Below are positions 1 through 8,447 of a stretch of DNA of 26,981 nucleotides, one piece after another. Both the position numbers and the translations under genes were made by a program. Origin of the DNA: Pseudobacteriovorax sp. (GTDB taxonomy: Bacteria; Bdellovibrionota_B; Oligoflexia; Oligoflexales; Oligoflexaceae); NCBI GenBank assembly GCA_050293845.1, contig JBNKNM010000059.1, forward strand, positions 1 through 26,981. The letters are read 5' to 3'. Position 1 is the first letter of the stretch, and every line of letters starts with the position of its first letter. Under the pieces are notes generated by a model. It was given only the letters and a program-made list of their open reading frames with translations. It was not told the DNA's origin and did no database searches.

Positions 1-76
1 TTGCTAGTGGTCTGGTCAACTAGTCTCCCTTGCGAGTCACCTCACAAGCCCCCTCCTTTAGGTGGGGGTAATTGAC
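1..76 (-). ncRNA. 5' part of a putative omega-RNA (HEARO) scaffold and end of an IS200/IS605-family IscB/IsrB element, truncated by the window edge
   Basis: The minus strand from 76 reads GTCAATTACCCCCACCTAAAGGAGGGGGCTTGTGAGGTGACTCGCAAGGGAGACTAGTTGACCAGAC. GTCAATTA pairs with TAGTTGAC and encloses two hairpins (CCCCCACCT-AA-AGGAGGGGG and CTTGTGAG-GTGA-CTCGCAAG). This fits the GTCAACTACCCC...CTAAAG...GGGGCTTG...GTTGACCAG pattern of HEARO/omega-RNA 5' ends. Confidence 0.75.
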
Positions 77-130
77 TCAGGTTGTAGGACGAACATAATA
101 AAACGTTATTCTGTCTATCAATAAATGAAA

Positions 131-1027
131 TTACTTAGTAGGTATAGGTTCATCTTCCTGATATTTTGCTTGCGTATAACCACAAGTTTTCTTTGGATTC
201 CGAAGTATGGTTTTTGTATCGTTCTTACATACAGCTTGCGGGATATCGATAGGGGTGATGGTATGGATTTTATCAATAATTTTATAAGCTTCTCTTACCT
301 CGGGCTTCTCTCTGGATGTGCCGTGGCGGCACAAAAGCGCAACCGATAGCATGAGCATCGAGCAGGGGTTTCCCTGATCATATTGTATAGCTTTGCGATG
401 CAAAGCTATACTCGTGTCTTTGTTACCCCTAATGCCCCAAAACCACTCAATTAAAAAATTATCTGGCACTAGGCGGTAAAAGATTCCCAGGCCATAGTAG
501 GCTGAACCGATAAGACTCACATTGGGGCGGAAATTAAAGTTAATGGAGGACTTGGATACCTCTTGCCAGATATCATGAATTTCCTGGCCATGACGCAATG
601 AAGCAAAAATTCCATGGATACTGGCGATTTTTGCCATTAGTGAAGCGCGAAAGAATTTACATAGAATTTGATGAGGATCGATTTTGAGACATTTATCAGT
701 ATAGCTTTTCCCATGAGTCAATGCCTTTAATGCTGCCGGGTTATCAGGATCAGAAATACTAGATCCCAGAATAAAGCTCTCACTGGCAAGCAACCAGTAC
801 CCATCAATCCAGTGCGGTTCGCGATTAATCACAGCAGCAAGGATCTTGATGCGCTCCTTATGTTCGTCGATAGACAGGGGGCTGGTGCTAAATCTTTCCT
901 GCAGTTCGGTATACCGCCCATAATACTCAGGGTATTTTTTAAAAGGGGCGAGTGCCACCTTATACGAGGTGACACTGAAGCCATAAGTTGCTGTAAGCAG
1001 AAGATATAGAGTGAGTATTGCTTTCAT
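131..1027 (-). CDS. Secreted TPR-like alpha-helical hypothetical protein
   Basis: 298-aa ORF with signal peptide MKAILTLYLLLTATYG and upstream GGAG. TPR-like segments include GYWLLASESFILG, AYYGLGIFYRLVP and HRKAIQYDQGNP. Confidence 0.7.
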   Translation of the reverse strand: MKAILTLYLLLTATYGFSVTSYKVALAPFKKYPEYYGRYTELQERFSTSPLSIDEHKERIKILAAVINREPHWIDGYWLLASESFILGSSISDPDNPAALKALTHGKSYTDKCLKIDPHQILCKFFRASLMAKIASIHGIFASLRHGQEIHDIWQEVSKSSINFNFRPNVSLIGSAYYGLGIFYRLVPDNFLIEWFWGIRGNKDTSIALHRKAIQYDQGNPCSMLMLSVALLCRHGTSREKPEVREAYKIIDKIHTITPIDIPQAVCKNDTKTILRNPKKTCGYTQAKYQEDEPIPTK

Positions 1028-1068
1028 AAGCTGAAGTCAGCTCCAATTGCATCATGGGAGTTATTTTA

Positions 1069-1096
1069 AAATCGGTATCTTTTTTGATAAGCTTTA
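1069..1096 (-). promoter_or_regulatory. Putative sigma28 (FliA) promoter
   Basis: Minus strand TAAA(G)-N16-ACCGATTT versus consensus TAAA-N15/16-GCCGATAA, about 40 bp upstream of the ATG at 1027. Confidence 0.5.
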
Positions 1097-1376
1097 CCAA
1101 GTGACCATTGACTTCAAAAAATGATAATGGATCTCCCCTCTAAATACAAAGCTTTAATTACTGGATTTTGGACAAGTTCGCATTTTTATGAACTCTTTTG
1201 TTAGGGGGTGAACCAGATTCGCTATTTCCAGCTGAATCGACTTACGAGGAAAAAAGTCTAGGTTGAAGTCTTGTTAATGAGGAAGGACGCCTTTCCCGTA
1301 GGAACCAAAAGTCAGGTGAAAATTTCGGATCTGGGGTAAAATGTGAAAATAGATGATGTCAATTAGAGGTTAGGAT

Positions 1377-2138
1377 ATGAAACGCTTGTCCGTCATGATG
1401 TTTTGCTTTCTAATCAGTGAGTTCGCGTTTGGTTTTTGGAGCTATTTAAATCAATACCAACTGGGAATTGAATATGCAGTAAGCAGCGACACTGTCGAAC
1501 TTGATTATACGTGGCAAAGGCAAGGAACCATCGATGACAGTTGTATGGAAGATATTAATGACTCCACTCAGCAGGTATGCAAAGTTGTCCTAGAAGCGGG
1601 TGGATCTAGTGGATTGGGACTGTTTATACAACAGCCTTTTCGTCGTACTGGAAATCTGCTGCTGAATCTGGATCTGGGGTTTGGGGTGCGGTATTTAACA
1701 GGTGCTGGTGATAAAGAAATATTGGAAAATGACAACCTACCACTGGATAACATTGAATTTCAGCTGTTTGGGTTTTTGGTGAAACCATATATACAGATAG
1801 GATATACGCCTTTGAGTGGGATGCCTGATGTTATCTTAACATTTGGTCCGGTATTTCAAACATCCTTTGGGACCGTTAAGATTAATGAGCTTTCCAAAAA
1901 TGTGGCCATAGCTACTGCATCGGGTGTTGCTGGATATGCTGAGCTGGAAATTGTCTTTATCAGGTTTGGTGACGGAGCCTTTTCTATCTATGGAGCTAAT
2001 GACAGATCTGGAGATGAAGCAACAAAGTTTTTTCCCACCGAAGTAGATGGGATGAGTAATTTTGTTGGTAAATTTTATCGTAATATATCCGGTTCTGCCT
2101 TTGGCTATGGTGTAAAGTTAGTTTTAAACTGGCCCTAG
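1377..2138 (+). CDS. Putative outer-membrane beta-barrel hypothetical protein
   Basis: 253 aa with signal peptide ending AFG and alternating amphipathic strands (LLLNLDLGFGVRYL, FLVKPYIQIGY). C-terminus is GYGVKLVLNWP; GAGG lies upstream. Confidence 0.6.
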   Translation: MKRLSVMMFCFLISEFAFGFWSYLNQYQLGIEYAVSSDTVELDYTWQRQGTIDDSCMEDINDSTQQVCKVVLEAGGSSGLGLFIQQPFRRTGNLLLNLDLGFGVRYLTGAGDKEILENDNLPLDNIEFQLFGFLVKPYIQIGYTPLSGMPDVILTFGPVFQTSFGTVKINELSKNVAIATASGVAGYAELEIVFIRFGDGAFSIYGANDRSGDEATKFFPTEVDGMSNFVGKFYRNISGSAFGYGVKLVLNWP

Positions 2139-2599
2139 CGGCATAAGTGTGTGGTTTCCTGACTTTGGCAGTCGACTTCCCCTAATCTGAGGCTGGAACC
2201 ATCAAATTTTCGTGCTAGGTATACCGTGTGAATAACCCCTTCCCTTTCTTTTTTGAGATACAAGGAGTTGTAGGATGATGAGTCTGTATCCAGTGTCCAC
2301 AGAGTTCCATCCTGGGCTCGATAATAGAGCGGCAGTTGATCTAAATCTTGAAGGCTCAGCAAGGGGTCCTTAAAGGGAGTCCACCCAATAAAGAACTCAA
2401 TAACTGAAAAAGGAATATCAACAATAACAGCACCCAGTTGGACGGGTAATGTTACAATGTAGAAGCCACTTGACATCAAACGGTCGGTGAAATCTTTGCG
2501 ACCAAAGAAACTACCAGCAAAACTGTACCAATTGCGCGAAGCGGGCATATAGCAAGCATGCAAACTGATTACGATCAAGAGGGTTGCGAGGACTTTCAT
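2135..2599 (-). CDS. DUF3332-like lipoprotein
   Basis: Likely start MKVLATLLIVISLHAC (lipobox) with GGAGG upstream. The motif TLPVQLGAVIVDIPFSVIEFFIGWTPF resembles the DUF3332 pattern PVY...AD...NSIEFW.G.NP. Confidence 0.55.
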   Translation of the reverse strand: MKVLATLLIVISLHACYMPASRNWYSFAGSFFGRKDFTDRLMSSGFYIVTLPVQLGAVIVDIPFSVIEFFIGWTPFKDPLLSLQDLDQLPLYYRAQDGTLWTLDTDSSSYNSLYLKKEREGVIHTVYLARKFDGSSLRLGEVDCQSQETTHLCR

Positions 2600-2856
2600 G
2601 ACAATACATTGCCTCCAGCATAGTTTATATAAAACTGCTATCGACGGCATTTCAAAAAAACTAAGTTCCTTGTCTTTATGGTAGTAGGATAAGACTATTT
2701 TTGGTCATTTTATAAGATTTTTGGGGTATACTTTTTGGAAAACATACTACGTAATGCCCTGAAAGTATGTCTATAACTTCTTTCCCATTGAGAAACCTTG
2801 CTTTTTCACCGAACAGATAGATACCCATTTTAAAATATTTACAGATAGGCGAATGA

Positions 2857-4071
2857 ATGGCGAAACTTTTATTTGCTCTTGTACTTGTCGTAGCGTGTTT
2901 TGGCTGTAAAAAGTCAAAAATAGAGATAGCAGATGTTTCTACTCAACGTTCTGACGAGAATAATACAGCAAGAGTTCAACCAATCATTTCAGGGGTACCA
3001 GATGGTGAATCCCAACTCACCGCTCTGAATCTCAGTGTGACAGGTGAAGGTTTGGTTAGCTTTGTCTATAAACTAGGGCTATCCGAACAAACAAACTGCA
3101 AAATACCTGCTGATTACTCCTTTCAGGAGCTAGAGCAGTCTATTGAACTTGATATTTCAGATCTCCCTGATGGAGATCTTACCCTCTGTGTTCTCGGCCA
3201 ATATGAGGATGAAAGTTGGCAAAATTATAGTGATGCTAAGAAAATCAGTTGGTTCAAAAAAACTGGTGCACTACCTTCTGTTGTGAACGCAAGTACTGTG
3301 AGCGAAAATCAGAAAATCAGCCTGATTTGGGACCCTCCTGAAGGCATAGTGGAAGGGTATCTGGTCATTCGCAGCCTAATACCAGTAGGTTGGACTCCTA
3401 CAGACGGCGAGGAATACCCATTGGGTAGCAATGATGGGTTTGATGTCATATACAAAGGTCCATCAAGACTCTTTGAAGATGAGAGTTTAACGAACTACGA
3501 GTCTTATCACTATGCTGTATTTAGCTATGACAACCTCCTGAATTATTCCCCTGGTGTAAGAGTAGGGGGCATTCCCAGTCCCGATCCCGTAGCTTGGATT
3601 AAACTCAGGGAAGGTTCTTTTGTAAAGAATATGGTTATGGCTGGAACCCGTTATGATGGGTCAAAGGACCTATATGTTTGCCGCAGTATCGAAACGGATC
3701 AGATTGGTAAAGTATCCGCCTTTCCAGGAAAATTTGTTCCAGCTGCAAAGGGTAATCCTTCATCAGGTACTTGTTATGTTCCCCGGAGTGGTAAAGCTGA
3801 GTCATTTGAGGTGTTAGTTGGTATAGGAAGTTCTGCAGTTTTTGATTGGAAAAACATTGAGTTAGGAGAACAATTATCGCCAAGTTCCTTTTTAGCTGGC
3901 AACCGCCTGGACTCAGGTCTTTTTATCTGTCGATTTCGTAATGGGGAACAAAATTATTATACTCCGGGATACACGGAGGTTTCTGAACCCTGTACTATTG
4001 ACTCATATGGCGAACCTGATAATATTTTGCAGAATTCAAGTTTTGAAATTTTGACTGTTCTAGCTAAATAG
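2857..4071 (+). CDS. Lipoprotein with a fibronectin type III-like domain and two C-terminal DM9 (DUF3421)-like repeats
   Basis: Lipobox ACFGC and FN3-like ISLIWDPP...GYLVIR...FEDESLTN...YHYAVFSYD. Two repeats of W...AG...L[YF][VI]CR...PG...C...SFE[VI]L[VT]. Confidence 0.7.
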   Translation: MAKLLFALVLVVACFGCKKSKIEIADVSTQRSDENNTARVQPIISGVPDGESQLTALNLSVTGEGLVSFVYKLGLSEQTNCKIPADYSFQELEQSIELDISDLPDGDLTLCVLGQYEDESWQNYSDAKKISWFKKTGALPSVVNASTVSENQKISLIWDPPEGIVEGYLVIRSLIPVGWTPTDGEEYPLGSNDGFDVIYKGPSRLFEDESLTNYESYHYAVFSYDNLLNYSPGVRVGGIPSPDPVAWIKLREGSFVKNMVMAGTRYDGSKDLYVCRSIETDQIGKVSAFPGKFVPAAKGNPSSGTCYVPRSGKAESFEVLVGIGSSAVFDWKNIELGEQLSPSSFLAGNRLDSGLFICRFRNGEQNYYTPGYTEVSEPCTIDSYGEPDNILQNSSFEILTVLAK

Positions 4072-4091
4072 CCAAGCAAAAGAAAGCCTTC

Positions 4092-4814
4092 TTAACGAGT
4101 AAATCGCGTGATAGCTAGGGACAAAGCCGCTGGAATAGCCGTATCAGTCCTGACAATACGAGGTCCCAACTTTACACTTTTAAAACCAAGATGAGAAAAA
4201 TGCAGTCGTTCAGCTTGACTCCATCCCCTTTCTGATCCAATGGCGATGATCATGGGGGCATTCTTATTATGTGGTAACTGGTCTATGGCAAGTGGAATGT
4301 CATCCTGAATATCAAAAATATAGCGATCAACACTCGCATTTTGGCCTATAGCGCTTATTCCTTTTAAATTTACTCCGGTCATCACTTTTGGCAAAAGGGT
4401 GCCATAGGCTTGAGCCGCTCCTTCTATGAGATAAGATCTAATTTTTTCGGAGGTGAGAAGGTGAGAGTTCAAATAAGATTTTTCACCCAGATCTGTTTGT
4501 AAAAACTGAATGTGGCTGATGCCAAAGCTGGCACTATCTCTAATAATACGTCTGATACTGTTGGGCCTTGGGGTACCACAGAGTAGCGTGATAGGGTATA
4601 GTTCTTCACTTATGATGATTTGCTCTGTACTATAATGTAGATTATCGGATGAAATCGATGTGATGGTTCCTTTAAATTGCGGTCCGTCAACGATCCCACA
4701 GCGAAAAGAATCCCCCGGTTTCAGGCGGAGAATCTTACGTATATGAACCGCTCTAACATCGCGGATTGGTAACCGACCCGTAAATTCTTCAGGCTCGAAA
4801 AGTATCAAATTCAT
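4092..4814 (-). CDS. rsmE: 16S rRNA (uracil(1498)-N3)-methyltransferase RsmE
   Basis: N-terminal motif HIRKILRLKPGD, EGAAQA, and SPOUT motif IAIGSERGWS...LGPRIVRTDTA. Likely start is MNLILFEPEE at 4814. Confidence 0.9.
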   Translation of the reverse strand: MNLILFEPEEFTGRLPIRDVRAVHIRKILRLKPGDSFRCGIVDGPQFKGTITSISSDNLHYSTEQIIISEELYPITLLCGTPRPNSIRRIIRDSASFGISHIQFLQTDLGEKSYLNSHLLTSEKIRSYLIEGAAQAYGTLLPKVMTGVNLKGISAIGQNASVDRYIFDIQDDIPLAIDQLPHNKNAPMIIAIGSERGWSQAERLHFSHLGFKSVKLGPRIVRTDTAIPAALSLAITRFTR

Positions 4815-5049
4815 CAAAACAATCCTAACTTGAGGGACCCTATCTGTATCGTGAAATCGCTGAATTGTCAAAGTAATATAACCTCTCGATGTGAGATGGT
4901 TTATTGAGCAAATTGGGTGGGAAAATAAAGTAATCATTTCTTTTGCTCAAGGAGAAAGCTAAGTAATAATTACCTAGGTGATTGAAAAAACGAATCTAAA
5001 AATATACATAAAATCAAAAGGATATGGAAAATAACTGATGTGGGCAAGT

Positions 5050-5076
5050 TTTAGTCCATCCCACTTATGGCGATAA
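5050..5076 (+). promoter_or_regulatory. Putative sigma28 promoter of flagellin
   Basis: TTTA(G)-N15-GGCGATAA, with a 7/8 match to the -10 GCCGATAA, upstream of flagellin. Confidence 0.55.
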
Positions 5077-5085
5077 GGCTCAAGA

Positions 5086-5126
5086 ATCCAGGATGGATCA
5101 TAAAACAAACCCATAGTCAGGAGGAC
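5086..5126 (+). promoter_or_regulatory. Two CsrA-type GGA-loop hairpins in the flagellin leader
   Basis: ATCC-AGGAT-GGAT (5086-5098) and GTC-AGGAG-GAC (5116-5126), the second overlapping the SD. Confidence 0.65.
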
Positions 5127-5131
5127 AAATA

Positions 5132-6055
5132 ATGGGATTGCGAATTAGAACCAATGTAGCATCCTTAAATGCTCAAAGGCGCTTAGAAACGAATACGAAA
5201 GCTTTAGGTGACTCAGCCAACAAGTTAGCATCTGGTAAGCGAATCAATAGAGCAGCGGACGATGCCGCTGGTCTCGGAATCTCTTCAAACTTAAATGCAG
5301 ATATTAGATCGTTATCACAAGCAAAAAGAAATGCTAATGATGGTATCTCTTTGGTACAAACAGCAGAAGGAAGTTTAGTTGAAACCACTTCTATGCTCAC
5401 CCGTCTGCGCGAGTTGGCTGTACAAGGAGCCAGTGATACCGTTGGAGAAACAGAAAGAGGCTTTCTTAATAAGGAGTTTATTGCTTTAAAAGACGAGATT
5501 GATAGGATTGCTAATTCCACCGAATATAATGGCACTCGTCTTTTAATTGGCGAATCTGATGTTGGGGATGAAATAGCTAATGCCGAAGGGACTTTTCCTC
5601 TGGAAATTCAAATAAGTAAAGATTATTACGAGAACGCAGATAGCATCGACGAACGAAATCAAGTCAACATCATCAAAATCGACCTTGGAACGATAAATGC
5701 TTTTACTTCTGGTGATGGGTCTCTGGATATTGGCTCTGCCGAGGAAGGAACTCAGGTTGATAATAAGCAATCAGCCCAGCAAAGTATTATGAAGCTTGAC
5801 ACAGCCTTAATCAAAGTTTCGGATTATCGCTCTTATCTTGGTTCTATACAAAACAGACTTTCTTCGACTATCAATAACCTTGGGGTGCAGATTGAGAATT
5901 TAACCAGCGCCAATAGTCGCATCGAAGATACCGATTTTGCAGCTGAAACAGCACGTTATACTTCTACCAATATATTGCAGCAAGCAGGTTCTTCAGTACT
6001 TTCTCAAGCGAATCAAATGCCTCAAATAGCACTAGGACTGGTGAATAACCTTTAA
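5132..6055 (+). CDS. fliC: Flagellin
   Basis: Conserved N-terminus ([16 protein letters not shown]...[17 protein letters not shown]) and C-terminus ([11 protein letters not shown]...[11 protein letters not shown]...[13 protein letters not shown]). Confidence 0.97.
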   Translation: MGLRIRTNVASLNAQRRLETNTKALGDSANKLASGKRINRAADDAAGLGISSNLNADIRSLSQAKRNANDGISLVQTAEGSLVETTSMLTRLRELAVQGASDTVGETERGFLNKEFIALKDEIDRIANSTEYNGTRLLIGESDVGDEIANAEGTFPLEIQISKDYYENADSIDERNQVNIIKIDLGTINAFTSGDGSLDIGSAEEGTQVDNKQSAQQSIMKLDTALIKVSDYRSYLGSIQNRLSSTINNLGVQIENLTSANSRIEDTDFAAETARYTSTNILQQAGSSVLSQANQMPQIALGLVNNL

Positions 6056-6084
6056 AAAATTTTTTTAATTCATGACTTCTTAAA

Positions 6085-6116
6085 GAGGCCGGCCTGTGGG
6101 GCGGGTCTTTTTTTTT
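6085..6116 (+). terminator. Rho-independent terminator after flagellin
   Basis: AGGCCGGCCT-GTG-GGGCGGGTCT stem (one mismatch, G-U pairs) followed by a long T run. Confidence 0.8.
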
Positions 6117-6188
6117 GGAAAGTTTCCCGAGGGGTAATCAATTTTATCCGAAAAGAACCCGAAAGGAGATTAGGGTAAAACTTACTAC

Positions 6189-6767
6189 GTGAGTAAGATG
6201 CTTTTCACTGAAAATGATATACAAATCATTATAAATAAAGATTTTTATGAGGCTCTGAAACCGCATTTGCAGGATGTCTTTCGCCTCAAAGATGATATAG
6301 ATCATTCAAAAACTCCTGAGAATGTTTTTCCCAAAAAATGTAGCAAATGTGGCAATGTCTACCATTCACCCGAGGACTTCTATAATAATACAGTAGGGAT
6401 TGATGGACACGATTATGACGTCTGTTATTCCATTGGAGATCAGACAAGAATTTTTCGTTACCGCAATTGTCCTCCACCATGCAATAGTACATTAGTAGTA
6501 GCTTCCCAAGAGCGTCGGGATACCTCTGACAATGGATTAGCGAGACGTCAGTGTTTTGCCACAATACATCAAGTGCTTCGAGAAACTCTACCCCATGTTT
6601 CCTCAGGAGCTTGTCATTCTATTACCTTGTATTTGATCAGGTCAGTGACATATGAAAATCTTTCACCATTGGAAGCTTATTTATTTTTAAAGAATGATGT
6701 TAAAGAAAAGCGATTTTTGGGTTTTGCTGAGGAACCAGAAATTATTGTAGAATCACTGGTTGGGTAG
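6189..6767 (+). CDS. Cys-rich hypothetical protein, possible zinc ribbon
   Basis: 192 aa, GTG start. Contains FPKKCSKCGNVY and RYRNCPPPCNSTL...RRDTS..G..RR. Confidence 0.7.
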   Translation: MSKMLFTENDIQIIINKDFYEALKPHLQDVFRLKDDIDHSKTPENVFPKKCSKCGNVYHSPEDFYNNTVGIDGHDYDVCYSIGDQTRIFRYRNCPPPCNSTLVVASQERRDTSDNGLARRQCFATIHQVLRETLPHVSSGACHSITLYLIRSVTYENLSPLEAYLFLKNDVKEKRFLGFAEEPEIIVESLVG

Positions 6768-6773
6768 TGGAAT

Positions 6774-6794
6774 AAGCTCTCGATCTGAGAGCTT
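6774..6794. terminator. Hairpin between convergent genes
   Basis: Perfect 8-bp inverted repeat AAGCTCTC-GATCT-GAGAGCTT. Confidence 0.55.
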
Positions 6795-6802
6795 GAGTGT
6801 CT

Positions 6803-7096
6803 TTATTTTTTCTTGGGATGAATAAAGGACTTTAATTCTGTCCCAGCGCGAAAGACGGGAACTTTTCTTTTGGGAATCTTAACTTTTTCCCCAGTTTGAG
6901 GATTAATTCCAACGCGTGCGGCACGCTCCGAAACTTTGAATTTGCCGAATCCAGGAAGAACAAAATCACTAGTTAGCTTGTTCTTCTTAAAGTGCTGATA
7001 GCCAATTTCTTTGTAAGAATCAAAAACACGTTTAACATCAGCTTTTGTCAATTCGGTTGATTCTGCAATTGCTTCGATCAATTCTGCTTGAGTCAC
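6803..7096 (-). CDS. hup: HU family DNA-binding protein
   Basis: TQAELIEAIA...LPGFGKFKVSERAARVGINPQTGEKVKIP...PVFRAG. GTG start at 7096 follows a GGAG SD. Confidence 0.93.
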   Translation of the reverse strand: MTQAELIEAIAESTELTKADVKRVFDSYKEIGYQHFKKNKLTSDFVLPGFGKFKVSERAARVGINPQTGEKVKIPKRKVPVFRAGTELKSFIHPKKK

Positions 7097-7453
7097 GAGA
7101 GTCTCCACTTTAAAATTTATAATTCACAAAACAATATTGCTGAGAGATTTTTCTTCTACATGAAACCTTAAGCTTTTGCAAGCATCTACCCAAGATTTCT
7201 TTTACTATACCAGTGATTTGCTATTGCTTAAATTTTGAACTGTTCCTACTAAGCCCTAGGGTGAGGTACTCGAACAAGCTTCAATGAAAGGTGAAAGGAT
7301 GGGGAATCTCTGAGAGGATTCGCTACGATGTGAGTTTTTGTAAGGTATATAAAACAAGTAAAAACAGTTAGTTATCATGAAATACGATACCGTATGAAAG
7401 TTGTCGCGTGAGTTGATATCTTGCTACAGACTCCAAGTTTTTGGGGAGGAGAA

Positions 7454-8383
7454 CTACTGGGGCGATACTCTTTTAACCTTATATCCCTCTAAACTTAATA
7501 AATTGATGATTCCCCATTCGCCTGGTAGATGAGCGGCCCCAAAGGCAACAAAGCTGCCTTTAGATCCATTAAATATCTCTTTTAGTCGCGGTATCCACTT
7601 TCGATTGCGATCATAGAGGAGAGTCTTTATCTCGTGCTCACTCATTTGTGTGAAGGTTTTGTGAAGGGTATCGGCAAATAGGGATTTAGACTTCCCTAGT
7701 GACATGCTTTGATAACTCGTTACAATCGACTTGACTTGCTGTTCTACCTCGTTAAAAGTATCAATGGACTGTTTAATATACTCAGGCGTGCAAAGGGTTT
7801 GAAGTGCATGCAACTGTTCTTTAGGGGTTTCTAGAGCTATCATGGGCTTGCCTATTTTTTGTGCATAAATCATGATTTCGAAATCTAAGGGCATTCTTGG
7901 CCTTGTGCGGTTTGCCTGATAATCTGCTTGAGTTCCTGTGGTCTTTGTAGCTAAGGACACAAGGCTTGAATAAAGTTCAACGAGGGAGAGTTGATCAATT
8001 CTTTCCTTAGTGATCCCATAAACTCCTTTATCCTGGAAAATATTATAGGATTTCTCTACGTAAGTCTTGCCTAGCCTAGTGCTTATATTGTGCGGGTTTT
8101 GCGATACCATTGACTGTCCTATAGCTCCTGTGTCTTGTAACCGTAGTTCGGTTATCACTAAGTCGCTGGAATTGAGGCTTGCAATAACAGAATGGGGTAG
8201 TGACTTGAAATCTGCTACGACATGCATGGTGCCAAGGAGAAAGTGCTGGTCCCCTTGGTGATCTTCAACCTGCCAGTAAATAGAAGAAAATGTATCATCA
8301 AATGTGCTGGTATTTTTTGACGTAATGCAGGTGCATAGATTGACAATGACAAGTAGAGCAACACTCTTGCATAGTATACTCAT
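7454..8383 (-). CDS. TraB/GumN (TIKI) family protein, probably exported
   Basis: HFLLGTMH, LDFEI...ALETPKEQ and RNRKWIPRL...FVAFGAAHLPGEWGIINLL. Confidence 0.9.
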   Translation of the reverse strand: MSILCKSVALLVIVNLCTCITSKNTSTFDDTFSSIYWQVEDHQGDQHFLLGTMHVVADFKSLPHSVIASLNSSDLVITELRLQDTGAIGQSMVSQNPHNISTRLGKTYVEKSYNIFQDKGVYGITKERIDQLSLVELYSSLVSLATKTTGTQADYQANRTRPRMPLDFEIMIYAQKIGKPMIALETPKEQLHALQTLCTPEYIKQSIDTFNEVEQQVKSIVTSYQSMSLGKSKSLFADTLHKTFTQMSEHEIKTLLYDRNRKWIPRLKEIFNGSKGSFVAFGAAHLPGEWGIINLLSLEGYKVKRVSPQ

Positions 8384-8447
8384 AAATTTTTCCTCTGGCG
8401 GCTTGCTATCAAGCGCGGCCGTTGCCTAGTTCTTCAAGTAGCAGAAA

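Noticed and set aside
125..349. 74-aa plus-strand ORF and other short ORFs inside long genes (e.g. 812-1009, 5173-5535, 9410-9784, 22890-23222)
   Set aside because: Antisense or off-frame shadows of well-supported genes, with no recognisable motifs
858..868. 11-bp match (TTATGTTCGTC) to the distal part of the putative omega-RNA guide region (98-88)
   Set aside because: Short, excludes the scaffold-proximal seed, and compatible with chance; not evidence of self-targeting
4815..4937. 41-aa N-terminal extension of RsmE in the ORF track
   Set aside because: RsmE-like sequence begins at MNLILFE; the extension lies in the divergent promoter region
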